A stretch of 64,000 nucleotides of DNA from Lama glama (GCA_028534125.1 CM052816.1:99884001-99948000); one strand, 5' to 3'. Counted from the first letter of the stretch, positions 13,440 through 26,780 are shown. Notes: generated by a model from the sequence alone, not told the origin. Numbers and translations are program-made.

Positions 13440-13870
13440 CCTCCCATGTGCATGGTCATTTGGCAAAGACGTTTGTCCTTAAGGTACGTGGGGTCCATCA
13501 GGGAACAGGGTTAGCAAGGCTCCCCAGTCCCTCTCTCCAGGGGGGGTGCATTCTGGGTGGGAGAGGTCATGCCGCAAAAAATAAGCATACAGATGAGCAA
13601 ATCATCTCTGTGTGCAGTGCAAAAATATAAGAGAAGCTGAGACGGTCAGGACAAGCTGGTGGGAGGAGGGTGGTCTGGGCAGACTTCCCAGAGAAGGTGG
13701 TGTTTGAGGAAGGATGAGGGGGCGGGGATGAGCCCTGCAGAGAGGTGGGGGTGGGGAGGCCAGCACCAACAGAGCAGGTGGAGAGGCTGGGTGTGTTTGA
13801 AACCCTACGGGGCAGAGCAGAGCAGAATGACCCCAGGGGGAGGACAGGACTGAGATGGAGAGGAAGGGCA
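13440..13870 (-). mobile_element. L2 relic
   Basis: gggtggtctgggcagacttcccagagaaggtggtgtttgag and neighbouring L2-like tracts. Confidence 0.5.
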
Positions 13871-13981
13871 GGCCCCAGCAGCCTACCCCAGGGACCGGCT
13901 TTCTCTGTAGGGGAGACTGGGAACCTTCACTGGGTTAGACCCGACAAATGAACCAAATTAAACCAGCAATTCAGAAAGTGA

Positions 13982-14037
13982 CACACCAGAAATTGACGCA
14001 GTATAACCGACTATACTTCAATTAAAAAAAAAAAAAA
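13982..14037 (+). mobile_element. Extremely 5'-truncated L1 (3' terminus plus poly-A)
   Basis: cacaccagaaattgac...gactatacttcaatt followed by an A run; perfect TSD cagaaagtga at 13972-13981 and 14038-14047. Confidence 0.85.
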
Positions 14038-15134
14038 CAGAAAGTGAGACAAACAGCATGTTTAAGACAGGGAGCAACGGACAGGAGAAACGCATTTGCA
14101 GGTGGGGCTGGGAGGGCACTATGTCTCCCCCTCCCCTGTCCCCAGGGAGCTGCCGCGGAGCTGCGGGCTGTGGCTCGGGGCAACCTTGTCCAGATTCCGT
14201 TTGTCCTCCTCGCATGAAGGTCCAGAATCACACCAAACAAGTGACTCTTTGGACAAGCATGGGTGGGAGAAGTGTTCAGACTCCTCTGATAATCACTGGT
14301 TTCCCAGTTTCCAGGGGGTCCTGTTCTTAAGTCCCAAACCCACATCAAGTCATGTTTAGGAATCTACTGAGAATAACTGAGATGATCCTGGGATGGTGAG
14401 CATCAACATTATTACCCGAGACGAGAGCATTTAAACTGCACAGTTTACATTTATGAATATATGGTTCCTGTATCGACATGAGGGCACACAGTTACATAGG
14501 AGCTTAAAAAAAGTGAGAACACAGAGATGCAAAACCGTGCTTGGTCTGCACCAGCAGCGCATCACCACGTGTGCAAAAGCATTTGAACAGGATTGTACGT
14601 TAAAAAACAAATTCCTCAGATGACACACGAAACCAAGTAACATCGCTTGTTGGACAAGGAATGATGTCCAGCCTGTGAGAGTCAAAGAGGGATTTTATTT
14701 TTTTCCCCAAGTGCCCTTTCACTTTTTTTTTAAAATTTCAAACCATAACATTGCATGATATATTCAATTGAATATTTTGAGGACAGTAAGATTTCTTTGA
14801 ACGGAAGATTAAAAACAGTTGAATTTGACCTGTGTTTCAATGTTCCCATTTATTTAAAAAAAAAAAAAGTTGTATTTGTTTGTGAGGAGATGCTCGGTGA
14901 TGAATTATCACTGAATCATCCCTGACTCAGCAAACTTGGAGAGCTGACCAAGCAAGGGAACTTAACGCCACTGATATGTCATAATACAATATTCTTAAGC
15001 CACCTCCCTATCAATGTCCTAAAAGTACATCCCCACAAGGACATCTCAACCAACTCGAGTTCACAGCTGCATACTCTTCAGAAAAGCTGGTCGTTAGATG
15101 CTCTGACTCAAAGGCTCCAGAAAGTTTATTGTTT

Positions 15135-15252
15135 CTTTTTTGTTTGTTTGTTTTTTAGGTTTATTTATTTATTTTAATGGAGCTGCTGGGGATCAAACCC
15201 AGGACCTCATGCATGCTAAGCACACGCTCTACCACCGAGCTATACCCTCCCC
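15135..15252 (-). mobile_element. Vic-1-like SINE
   Basis: ggggatcaaacccaggacctcatgcatgctaagc...gagctataccctcccc; TSD agtttattgtttc / agtttattatttc. Confidence 0.88.
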
Positions 15253-17834
15253 GCAACAGTTTATTATTTCCTGAGAAGCATGTCCTCCAGACCAGGAGGA
15301 CTCAACACACTCTCTCGGAAACCCACGCGTCTGTCCCATTGCAAGATGTTTTTAGTTTTGCATTTTAGCTTTAATGACAATTAAAAGCGTAAGGACCTAC
15401 AGGAGCTCTGCTTTATGGATGAACTGACCTTGGTTGTAGCCCGCTAATAAGAAATAATGAATTGGAATTTATTAACAAGTCATTCTTTTGTGCCAAGCCA
15501 GGTCCATCTGACACCGCAGTGACCGAAGGGCTATGTCTCCGTGCTTCAAGGGAGAAGACAGCGATGAGGAGTTTTGTCACCACGTAACCCAGAGTATGCT
15601 TAACGCAAAGGAAACAGAGCCCTGGAGGTCTAAACGGTATTCACACGGAGAGCAGCAACTTAATTTAAACCAAACAGCATCATTTGATGTTATCAACTTA
15701 AATGTGACTGACAGTAATCTGTTCTTGCGTCTAATTTTCAGTTGTGTATATATCATGGCAAGTGTACAGGGTTTATACCTGTTTGATTTGTGCACATCTT
15801 CAAGTAACAGAAAGTGAGCTAATTTACGTCAGCACACCAAGCACCTTGGAGGAGGTGTGTCCTGCTACGGAGCCTGCAGTGCTCCTGTCAGAGGGCGCTA
15901 CGTGGCGGAGAGCCCTACAAAGAAAACCAGGTCCCTTTGATACCTACTAAGAAAGCAGAGCCGAGCCGCCCTGCAAAGGGCTGTTCTCAGCCACGGCGGG
16001 GCTGATGCTCAGGTTTTCGGCATCACCTTGGAAGCACATGTGTGAGCCACATCCCTCCCCCTTCCACTCACCTGTCCGGCTGCAAGCACCAGGGGGGGTT
16101 TGGGCTCCCTAGAACGTCTCCGCTCTGAGGTTCAGCTGTGCTGTTACAGAACAATTCCTGAGTGTTCTTCTTCCCCCCAGTTGTCCCAGTGGGTGAGGAA
16201 ACCACAGATAATGCATTTGGCAGCCGGTAACAAAACCCTGCAAAGAGCACCTTCAACAGAAGGAGGCTTAACTCTCCTCCTGTAGTGGAATCTGAAGCGT
16301 GACCGTGACGGTGCCAGGACCACATCTCTGCGAGTCTCTCAGCCTCTCTCTCCTTCCTGGAAGTCACCACCCTCCTAGTCTCAAGGCAGCAGTGGGGCCC
16401 CCAGGGCACACGTCTGCTCTGTAAACTGGGGTAAGGGGTTTCAAGAGTCGGGACTATTTCTGTTCCCAGACTCAGGATGCAGGCAGACCAGCCAGGAGTT
16501 TTCCTCTGACGCCTTGACCCGGCCAGGTCCCCCGAGATCTCAGGAGCTGTGCCAGTGACCAGAGAGGAACGGACCAGAGGAGGGGGCAACCCTGCCACAA
16601 ATGAACCTTTTATTTTCATTTTTTAAGATACTGTCACGCTGGCTGATAATTCTAAGAAAACTAAGAGTCGCAGGAATGTCCCAAATTTATGAAAACAAAC
16701 TAAAGTTTTACAAAAATGTGCTCGGAATATCTTCTGTTAGGTGTAATAACAACAACACTTATGTGGTGTATCCAATATTGTTTGGACAAGATTCAATTCT
16801 ATTTTTAGTCAATTTCAATTTCCTTTCCCATAAACTCTATGAAATACAGTAAGTGGCATATTTACAGTGACCCTTTTGAAGAGTGTTATACTTTTGGACG
16901 CTTTAATAAGTCTAAATGAGATGGCCCCCCCCCACCTCCCTGAGCAAATAAACAGATGCTCGTGACAATCACAGGAATTGGACCCCGCGTCCCTTTTCCT
17001 CCCAGGCTGCCCCATCTGAAGGCTCCGCAGTCCTCTAGCAAGGTCTCTCTAAAGACAGTTCTAGGCAATAAAGACAGTATTTAGGGCCTTCTGGTGATTC
17101 CATTCAATTTGTTTATTTGACAAGACGTATAAATAAGAAGGCATAATTTCCAAAAGCAGTCATGAAATTTACCATGCAAACCACACACCACCGCCCCCTC
17201 TGCTCGGCTTCCTTCTCGAGCACAGGGGGCTTCTCGCCCCGTGGGCATTTTACGGCTCTTGGCGTTTTCAAAGCACTCTGCAAAATTAACCGATTTATTC
17301 TCTGAGCGTGGAGGGTGCTGTCCCCACTGCAGCGGGGTAAACCGGCAGGACGTTACCCCAGGCTCACACGCCGCTCGGGGAGGCCCTGCCCCCCAGGCCC
17401 GCCGGGGCCTCCCGTTCCACACAGTGTGCCTCGTGCTCTGCAGGGAGCACGGCATCCTGGCCTTCCTGAGCTGTGGGAGCGGCAGGACCGCTGCCTGGTC
17501 CCCAGGGGAGCCCAGGGCCGCCTCCCCAGGATCATCCGCCCCGAGTCAGCCCCAGGAGCCCAAATGGCCAGCAGCTGGAGCGGCCCCCACCCCTCCCGGT
17601 GACGCCCTCGCTGGCTGGGGCGCTGGCTGGGTTGTGTGGGGTTCCCTTCACTTTCTACGTGAGCCCCAGCAGCTGCACGGCCACATCAGTAACAGTTCCT
17701 GCAATGGTGTTCATTTACCCCAGGGACCTTGAAGCCCCTCAGGACGTGCTGGGGATCCGCCCTTTGAATCTTTTCTCAGGGACGTGATGACGAGAAACAG
17801 GTTTTAGAAAATGCCTCGCCCACTCACCCCGTGG

Positions 17835-18365
17835 GACGTTACCCAGAATGAAAAAGAGTGAGCTGCCAACACACGCGCCAGCCTGGGAGAATCCCAGGGG
17901 ATTCATGCTGAGTGAGGAAAGCCAGACCCCAAAGGTTACGAAATGTGCGCATCCATTTAGATAACATTCTTTGAGAATTCTGGAAATCGGGAGCAGACTG
18001 CTGGCTTCCAGGGGTGAAGGAGGGTGGGGCAGGAGGGAGTGGTGTGGCCGGGAGAGGGCAGCGCATCCTGTGGAGTCCCGGGGGTGACGGCGTGGGAACA
18101 TCCTGGTCGGGGAGGTCCACACCTGGATTTGCACAGTGGTAACACCAGACAGGTAAACGAAGACACAAGAGTGTAAGCAAAATGCACTCTTTTAATTGGA
18201 CAGGACCAGGGTTATAGCAACGTGGATGTCTGCTGTGATTTTATACTATGGTTTTGCAAGAAGTTCATCGTTGAGGGAAACCAGGCACGGAGGCTGTCTC
18301 TGTATTATTTCCCACTAGCACAGGTCATTCCACAATTATCTCAAAACCAAGTCAAAACTTTAATT
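17835..18365 (+). mobile_element. Ancient L1 3' UTR (L1MC/ME-like)
   Basis: atgctgagtgaggaaagccagaccccaaaggttac...ccatttagataacattct. Confidence 0.7.
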
Positions 18366-20029
18366 TGGAACAAAAGTGTACGGGGTCCCAAGACTGCCTG
18401 GACGTCAGGCAGCACACATTCAGTTCCATGCGCATGCATTCATGGCGGAAGGCGCTGCCCCTTCAGTCCTGAGCGGATGCTGTGATCCCCGCCCCGGGTC
18501 AGCATCTAGGAGGGTCCCGGAGCCTGGCGGGGGGTGGGCAACGCTTCCTCGCCAATTTGGGAGCATTGATGCTGCCTTCTGGTTGTCTTTCGGCCAAATC
18601 TGCGTCTACTTTCCCGGAGAAAGGCGTTTCAAAGTCGTTTCCATATTGCTATCAAATATGGTCTAGGTCCCCCTGGCTTGGGGGGTGGGGAGATGTTCCA
18701 GTAACTCTGCACCAATCTGAACACCTGTGGGTGCAGCCTGTGGAACCCTAGGCTCCTACGGCAGCTGCAATCAACCCAGAAAGTGTGAGTGTGACCAAGA
18801 TAACCCTCTGATCCAGTGCCCCCAGGGACCCCACTTCTCTCTAGTGGAAGCCCGAATCGCGACCAGGGCTCCCTCAGGCTGCGTGCACCGTCCATTCACT
18901 CGGCAGCCCCCTGCCTGGCAGTCCGCGCTCCGCACTTGCTTCCCTGTCTCTGGAGAGCTCAGCCCTGGACCCCTGCCCGCGGGGACAGAGCCAGTTTCTG
19001 GGGACAGAGCTCACACGGGGTGGGGGAGGGGAGAGAAACGGAGGCTTTTTAAAGAGAAGAATACAAAATTACCCAAAAAGTTAGGCACAAAAGTGGATGT
19101 TTATTTAGAATAAGAACATGAAACAAATTACACATTGAAAAAATTTGCAGACCACATAGACCACAAAATCCAAGACGGTAGCAGATTGTATTAGTCAGCT
19201 GCCGACACTGCTTCTCCACATTTTTATTGCTGCTTCTTATGACAGTGATTTACTAACATCTTTCTACAGAGAGAAGAGATAGATGATGTCGCACGGCTGA
19301 TTTGAATCTGGCTTTTGTCTCTGGTGTTTGGAATCTGTAACCACGTGTGTCACACGCAGGTGTGCTTGCTGCCCGTGGTGACGCAACGAGTCTGTGCTCC
19401 ACGAATGAATTCTGGTAAATTCTGCTTTGGTTCATTTTCACTTTTAAAAAGAAAGAGAGAGAAAGAAGAAAAAGTATCCTGCATTCACAGTGGAAACTGC
19501 TTCATGCGAAAGAACATTCCGGAAGGGCAAGAGTTGCTATTCAGAACGAGCGTGGAGAAGACCTGAATCCCTGCCACTCACAACTGTGCACAAGGACGAG
19601 CAAGGATGTCTGGCACCCCACACTTCAGACCCGCCTGCCAGGGGGACCCCAGCAGCACCCGGGCTGCGAGCTGGTCCCTCGGGCTAAGATCCTCACTCCC
19701 CTAACGGCGCGGGGGCCTCGCCAGGGTCCAGCACCTGCCGACTAACTGAGTCACTACACGACGCCCTGTTCACCGGCCACATTGCATTCACCGCACCCAG
19801 CTAGGGGGCCCCAGCTCATCCCGATCCAGATCCCCATATCCCGCCTGACTCCCCCCACCCCAGGGAAGTTGTGCAAAAGGGGTCTCAGAGCGTGGAGGGT
19901 CCCACCTGCAGGGCTTGGTCGCCTGCTGTTCTGTGAGGCCCCTCCGGCCCCCAGGCCGTGCAGGAAGCCCTGTCCCCAGCACGGTCTCGGTTTGCACTGC
20001 GATGGCGGGGATGGGGAGGCTCCTCCCCC

Positions 20030-20235
20030 CCGCTCTCCCCACCCCTCCTGCCCAACTTCCGTTTTCTCCTTTGCACCTGCCAATACCCTTTGTGTTTCAC
20101 GTGAACGTCCTGATTGCTTCCTACCACTGGAACATAAGATGCCCATTCTACTGGGTCCATGTCGAGTCTCTGAGCCTTGAAGAATCCTGGCACAGAGAAG
20201 ATGTTTGGTGAAGATTTGCTGGATGAATGCATCAG
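20030..20235 (+). mobile_element. L2 3' end relic
   Basis: cctggcacagagaagatgtttggtgaagatttgctggatgaatg. Confidence 0.55.
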
Positions 20236-21184
20236 TCAGTAGCTCCCATGTCCCTAGTAAGCCCTCCACGAGCCTGTGCGTGTGCACCTGCGATGTGCGT
20301 CCCCACGGCGTGAGAGTGCGGCACCAGGAAACTGCTTCGCTGTGGGCGTCGCCTGCAGTGGTGGCTCCACCTTTGAGGACTTTTAGACTCTTCAGGAAGT
20401 CCCAGAAACAGGACGTGGAAGAACTCAGGGGCAGGGCTGGGAGAGCCCTGGATGCTGGAAGCCCATCGGCAGAGGAGGTCCTGAGAGGAGACGGGGACAC
20501 AGGAGCCTGGAGGCAGGAGAACATGAGGCGCAATCCCCTGCCCAGGCTTGGCACCGGAGGGGCACCTGAGTGGCTGCACGATGCTGAATCTCCCTCATGG
20601 CCAGTTTGCGCCGGAGGTTCCCTAAGGAAACCGAGGAACCCAACAGCTTTCCCAGCAGAGAAGAGAGCTGGGATTCGGCTGTTGGAGGCTCGGACGCCCG
20701 CTCCTGGGGTGCAGCAGCTCACAAGCAGCAGACACGGGACAGGCAGGGACCCGGCCGGGACTGCTGATGGAGTAACCGATCTCCAGGAGCATCCCACGCC
20801 TGCTGACGTGAGTCTGACAAACTGCTGGCCGTCCTCGCAGAAACGGCAGTGACGCTGAGCGCGCACAGGCTTCGGGTCGTTCTGCAGGAAAGACGCGCTC
20901 ACCTAATTTAAGCCAGTGTTTCCTAAACTCACCAGATTTCCTGGGGTTGGTGTGCTTTTCAACAGCATTTCTGAAGTCATCCGGGAAGTACTGTTGCATC
21001 AAACATCGGTGAATTCCAGAACAGCCGTTACTAAGTTACTGGCGCATACTGCAGTCCTCAGCACCTTAGAATTAAGGAAATGTGATGTTTCAATGTTCAC
21101 TGTTTTACCGTATTTCCCCCTAAACACTGAGGCTGAGGTTTAGGAAAAGCGCTCTGGGAGGAGAGCTGAGCTGACACAGTTTCT

Positions 21185-21325
21185 TATAACAGCCTCTGAT
21201 GAAAAAGAGTATGAAAAAATACATATGCATGTATGTATATGTATAACTGAATCGCTTTGCTATACACCTGAAACTAACATTTTAAATCAACTACAGTTCA
21301 ATTAAAAAATAAAATTTAAAAAAAT
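21185..21325 (+). mobile_element. Short L1 3' terminal fragment
   Basis: gaaaaagagtatgaaaaaatac...actgaatcgctttgctatacacctgaaactaac...caattaaaaaataaaa. Confidence 0.85.
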
Positions 21326-22694
21326 TGGAGGAAGAATGTTACTTTTTTAAAGAAGAGGATACTATAGAAATGAATGTCTCTGTATACGTGCTTATTTTTG
21401 CCAAAAGAAGCCTAAGAAAGAGACCCTAAAACCAGTGGGAATGGATGGCGCACAGGAGACAGGTAGGGTGGGCGGAGAGACATAAGGAAGAGGCCGAGAT
21501 TTAAGAATTCCCTGGCGTGTGATTTTAACTTTTGACCTGGACACATTTTCATAGTCAAAAGAGTAAAATTCAGTTGAAAAGGGATTCTAAAAAAGTGAAT
21601 TCTTACATTGAATTCACCAAGAAATAAATAAAGCTCTGATTTATGGGTATCATAACTATTTAAAAAAAAATAATTCATTTCCTTTACCTTGGAGCCGGGA
21701 GCACTTTCTGACCCCACCGCCCACGGGAAGCCCGGATGCTGACGCAACCGCAGGTGCGGAGCAGGGCGGAGGGCCGCCCAGCGAGGAGGGACCGAGGGAG
21801 ACAGGGACGAAGGAGCGGGAGCAGGGCCTGGGGAGGGCTCCTCTTCCCAGCGTGTGGTGGGGCTTTGATGGAGGCTCACATTTCTTTGTCAGTGTTCCCC
21901 GCAAGGGGTGACATGGGGTGGCAGGGAGTCACCCCACCACACTCATCAAATCAGGCATGACACGGGGCCTTCGTCTCACAGAAACGCTACTGTCGTGAAC
22001 TGAATTAGCAGCCTGTACCCAGGACCCAAGGGGTCTGGAGGGCCGCCGCGCTGGGCCCGATGGTCCTGCAGCCCTGGGCACAGGCAGCGCTGCGGCAGGT
22101 CCTGTGTGTGGTGGCCACGCTGCCCAGAGAACTCAGGCAGCTCAGGCTTCGCTTCGGCCCCACGCTTTCATGTTCCGTAACGACTGTGCCGCAGCCATGC
22201 GGCCAAATGTCCCGAGAAGGCCGTTCCATCTCAGCAGACGTGGTTTAGAAGCATGTAAGTGGCACCTCCTGAGAGCGGTAATGGACTTATTTCCCGGGCT
22301 CTAAATCTTGACACAGCATTTACTATCTGGATTCAGATGAAGACCATGAAAAATGCGCAAACACAGACGTCTCCGTTAGGCAGGCCGTCAAAGGCACGTG
22401 CTGAATAGCTTTTCAACACTTTTAGTGTCCTTCTCCCGACTCTGGAATTTGGTGACACTGTCTTGACTGGTTGGGTGACCGGGTTGCTGATCACTCTTAT
22501 CACCGAGTTCCCACTGGGATTTAATGAAGAGTGAGACGCAGGCCCGCGACATACAAAGCCCCCTGTATTTTTTATAATTAGAGGCAATATTTCACAGCGG
22601 GTTATGCACATCTCGTCAGAGGTGTAATGTGATGGAAAAAATTTTTCCATCCAACACACCTGGGTGCACCTTCCAGGCCTGCCGTATGCTTAGC

Positions 22695-22810
22695 AAGACC
22701 TAGACCTTGAGTAAGATGCGTGAATGATCTGAGCCTCAGTTGTCTCGTCTGTAAAAGAGGTTATTCTTTTATTAACCTCTGTGAAGCTTGGAGGAGATGA
22801 TGAAAGGGTA
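22695..22810 (+). mobile_element. MIR
   Basis: gaccttgagtaag...tctgagcctcagttgtctcgtctgtaaaa. Confidence 0.65.
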
Positions 22811-24289
22811 AGTGGACGTCTGCCACCTCAGAAGGGCTTACGATTTGATCACTGTCCATTGTCACCATCTGTGTCCTAAGCGAGTCCCTCGCCTGGGTTA
22901 GGGGGCAGGACAACACAGGAGTCACCATTTCTACATGGCAACTTGCGAACCGTAGGTGTGACTTATCCGTCTCTGATTCCGAGTTTATAAGAAGGGTGTC
23001 AAACCCCACCTGGCTCCCCAGGTAAAACCACCCCCTCCTTCTAACTTAGTCCTTCGTTGCGTTTGTCCCGCTGTACAAGGCAGTCAGTGACGCAGACTAA
23101 ACTGACCAAGGTATCTTGTCGCAGGGCAAAGTCCGCTTAGGAGCTGCGTTTTAGGCCCTGTTCATATATGTGCACAGAACGGCGGGCCATCGACTTACCC
23201 GACGTGACACACAGGCAACTGAGCTTCATTATCAGGAAGCAAGGGGTTTTCATCGATGGCATCTCTGCCTAGACCTGGGTCCACCGGAAAGTGCGCAAAC
23301 GGCCTTCCCCTTCGACGCCTCCCCGTCACACCTGGTCGAAAAGACCTGTGTCATTTTCTGTGGTTTCCATAAGGACTGGTTTTCACACCCCATCTTCCAC
23401 TTTTTCTGCCCAAAACTTCATCTTAGTCATCATCAATGACCAAAACTACAAGATTTTGTTGGTGAAGGTTAAAAAAAAAAAGCCGACTCTAGGTGAGAAA
23501 CACCCTAAGACTATACATTACAGAAAACCTCAAATTAAGGTGAAAGTAGTGAAAAATCAGGGTCGGAGAGCGCTCAGGAAGCCTGACACTGACGAAGAAG
23601 TAGGGGGCTGAGAGTCTCGGGCTGAGAGTCTCAGGTGGAGAGGCTGACTTGCTCGTCACTCCGGGGGCTTCCTCGGAGCGCCTGTCACCGAGCGCTCCCA
23701 GTGGTCCAGGTCCTCCCTAACGGAGCCATTTCAGGGTGGACTTCTCCGAAATGAAACGGCAGGAAAGAAGCAGCAACTGTTTGTCAGGTGTGATAATAAA
23801 CAACTCGGAAGGGAACGTAGGGGGATGGCAGTATTAGCCGTGGACGGCGTGACACTGCCTTTCCGAGGAAGTTCCGAATATCGAAATGCTGGAGTGTGTT
23901 GCTGTCTCAGGTCCTGGTGTGGAAACGGCCACGCGGGAAGCAAAATGATGGCGGTTGGCTTTACTTTCTCTCTAAAAAGAACCGCAGTTACAATTTGAAC
24001 GCTGAGCCTGCTTGAGGAGTGATTTTCAAGTCAAGGTGGGGGCACGACACACGTTGCTTTGAAGCCTGTCCCCACACACCCGGTTCAGGGTGCTACCCAC
24101 CCTGGATGTCCTGACCGGTCTGGGGTGCAGTCGGACGCACCTTGGGGGAGCGGAGTGGGCACCCTACTTTGGAGCCTCCCCCCAGGGACCTTGGAGCCCA
24201 GCTGCCTTGTCAGACGAGATTGAAGTGGAGCTGACATGGGTCGGACGGCCCCTGGGAGTGCAGTCGGCTCGACACTGGATCAGCCTGGC

Positions 24290-24410
24290 GGGGACACTTG
24301 CCTGCCACCTGCTGACTGCTTGACTTGGGGCAGGCCCCTTAGCTCTTTCCCTCAGTCTGCCCACCTCTAAGATGGGCTTGCATGGCCGGCAGGGCTGCTG
24401 TAAGAAGTCG
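24290..24410 (+). mobile_element. MIR relic
   Basis: gacttgggggcaggccccttagctctttccctcagtctgcccacctctaagatggg. Confidence 0.5.
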
Positions 24411-26280
24411 GCTCCCTCTTGTCCACGATGGGCCGGACGGGACACCTGGGACACCCCTCCCTGAGCGCTGGCCCCTGGAGTTGACATCTAGGGGCATCCT
24501 GACCGTCTGCCAACCCCTGGTCCTGGAGGTGCCCCAGCACCTCTGGGGGATGTCCCCGCGTGCCCGGTCATTACTGAGACAGGGGCTGGAGGGTAGGGTT
24601 TCTCATGGCCTCCTGGGGAAGGGAGGACCCACAAGAACCAAAGAGCAGGGAACTTGCCATTCTTGACTCAAGAATGAAACCATGATGGGTCTGCAGGCCC
24701 GGAGCCTTCAGGGAGGCTGTGACATTTGCACTTTGATGTCAGCACCAACCGGAGCAGGCTGAGCTTGGAATACAACCGCGTCCTTCCGAGACACGGTGGC
24801 TGCGGGCGCCATCCTGACGCAGCGCGAGCTGGGCCGGATCAGCCGCGCCCCCGCGCAGTCAGGAAGGGGGAGGCCGTGAGCAGGCAGAGCTGTGAAGGAC
24901 ACAGGCTGCCATGTCAGCGGAGGGGAGGAGGCTGGTGGAAAGCTCAACCATTCCAAAAACGATGCTCATAAAACATTTTTGAGCAAATGACTCTGCTTTT
25001 ACCCATTATTGACTGGATTTTATGCCCCAAATGTTAACTGAAGTCATAAAAATATAATGACTTTGTGCAAAAGTAGCAAAGCTTTTCAGTTTTCATCCCC
25101 AGAACAGCAATGCAAGGCTTTCATGTTTAGTTGGAATTGTTTGAATGTCCCCAAAATGCGTTATAAATTGCTGTCAAAATGAGTATTAATTCAACAGAAG
25201 TGGAAGGCATCGCCTCTGTCCCTGCCCTCCTCCCCACTCCCATCCAGCACCCCTGCCCGCAGGGCCAGCCCCGCCGGTGAGGCTGCCCCCAGGCAGGACG
25301 GGAGCGCACCTCTCAGCCTTTCCTGGCACGGGAGCTTGGTTGTCTCCCAACCAAAGCAGCCGCGTCTGTGCCGGGCCTTCGGAATAGGGGAGGTTTGTTT
25401 CTGTTCTCGCTGACTTCCTGGCAGAGGGACTGTTACTGCTCCAAGTGGCACAAGATCAGGTTGTCCTCAAGTCAGGGCAGCATCAGCTCCTGAAAGGTAA
25501 AAATGCCCCAAAGACCGGAAGCTCGGGCACACCTGGAGCCCAGAGCAGGAAGGGAGGTGCCCGCAGGTGCCCACCGGCCAGCCCAGCTCCGGGTACATGA
25601 AGGAGAGGCTGGCACAATCCAGGGGGATGCCCCTGCCCGCAACCCCGACTTAGCCCCCACTCCCCTCACTTCCACTTCTGCTTCCTCACCAAGTTCCATT
25701 GGGAGCTTCCGTGGGTTTCTGAGTTCTGAGCCGCCCAGAGCAATTCTTAGGGAGCCCCGGTCTACGCCTACCGGGGCAGCCTCCCCTCCTGCTCCCGGGA
25801 CGGAGCAGGAGCTGCCGTGTGGGCCTCCGTCTGCTGAGTAATGAGGCTAACGGAACGGAAGCTCCGATTAGAGCTAAGTGTCTGCTGACAGCCACCGGCC
25901 CAGGGCCAGGCCGCGGGGCTCACCTCCCCTCGGTGGGGCCGACCAGGCTGAGTCCTCACTTCCCAGGCTCCCCGCAGGCCTGGCTCACAGTGACAAATGG
26001 TCCTGAAGGCCCTGTTCCCCCAGAAAGACAGGTGCGAGGGGAGAAGACAGGATCCATCACAGGCGGAGACAACTTCCTGAAGCCAGGCTGAGTGACTGGC
26101 TGGTGCCCTCCTTAGAAGTCCAGGCCTTGGGGAAGGCTCCAGAGGACTGCCGGGATTTTGCCAAGGCACAGACCATGTGCTGGCACATGGAAGAGTCCTT
26201 ATGAAGGCCTCTTAGGACCCCCTCCTCCGCCACAAGGACAGCGAAATGCAGCAGGGAGCCAACATCCGTCAGACGCCTGC

Positions 26281-26780
26281 NNNNNNNNNNNNNNNNNNNN
26301 NNNNNNNNNNNNNNNNNNNNNNNNNNNNNNNNNNNNNNNNNNNNNNNNNNNNNNNNNNNNNNNNNNNNNNNNNNNNNNNNNNNNNNNNNNNNNNNNNNNN
26401 NNNNNNNNNNNNNNNNNNNNNNNNNNNNNNNNNNNNNNNNNNNNNNNNNNNNNNNNNNNNNNNNNNNNNNNNNNNNNNNNNNNNNNNNNNNNNNNNNNNN
26501 NNNNNNNNNNNNNNNNNNNNNNNNNNNNNNNNNNNNNNNNNNNNNNNNNNNNNNNNNNNNNNNNNNNNNNNNNNNNNNNNNNNNNNNNNNNNNNNNNNNN
26601 NNNNNNNNNNNNNNNNNNNNNNNNNNNNNNNNNNNNNNNNNNNNNNNNNNNNNNNNNNNNNNNNNNNNNNNNNNNNNNNNNNNNNNNNNNNNNNNNNNNN
26701 NNNNNNNNNNNNNNNNNNNNNNNNNNNNNNNNNNNNNNNNNNNNNNNNNNNNNNNNNNNNNNNNNNNNNNNNNNNNNNNN
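26281..26780. other. Assembly gap (500 N)
   Basis: Run of N. Confidence 1.

Noticed and set aside
19754..20902. 382-aa minus-strand ORF and overlapping 215-aa plus-strand ORF
   Set aside because: Non-ATG starts, no recognisable domain, overlap with an L2 relic; GC-rich chance frames
23607..23636. 14-bp tandem duplication gctgagagtctc(g/a)g, and a similar one at about 483-516
   Set aside because: Ordinary slippage duplications with no further structure
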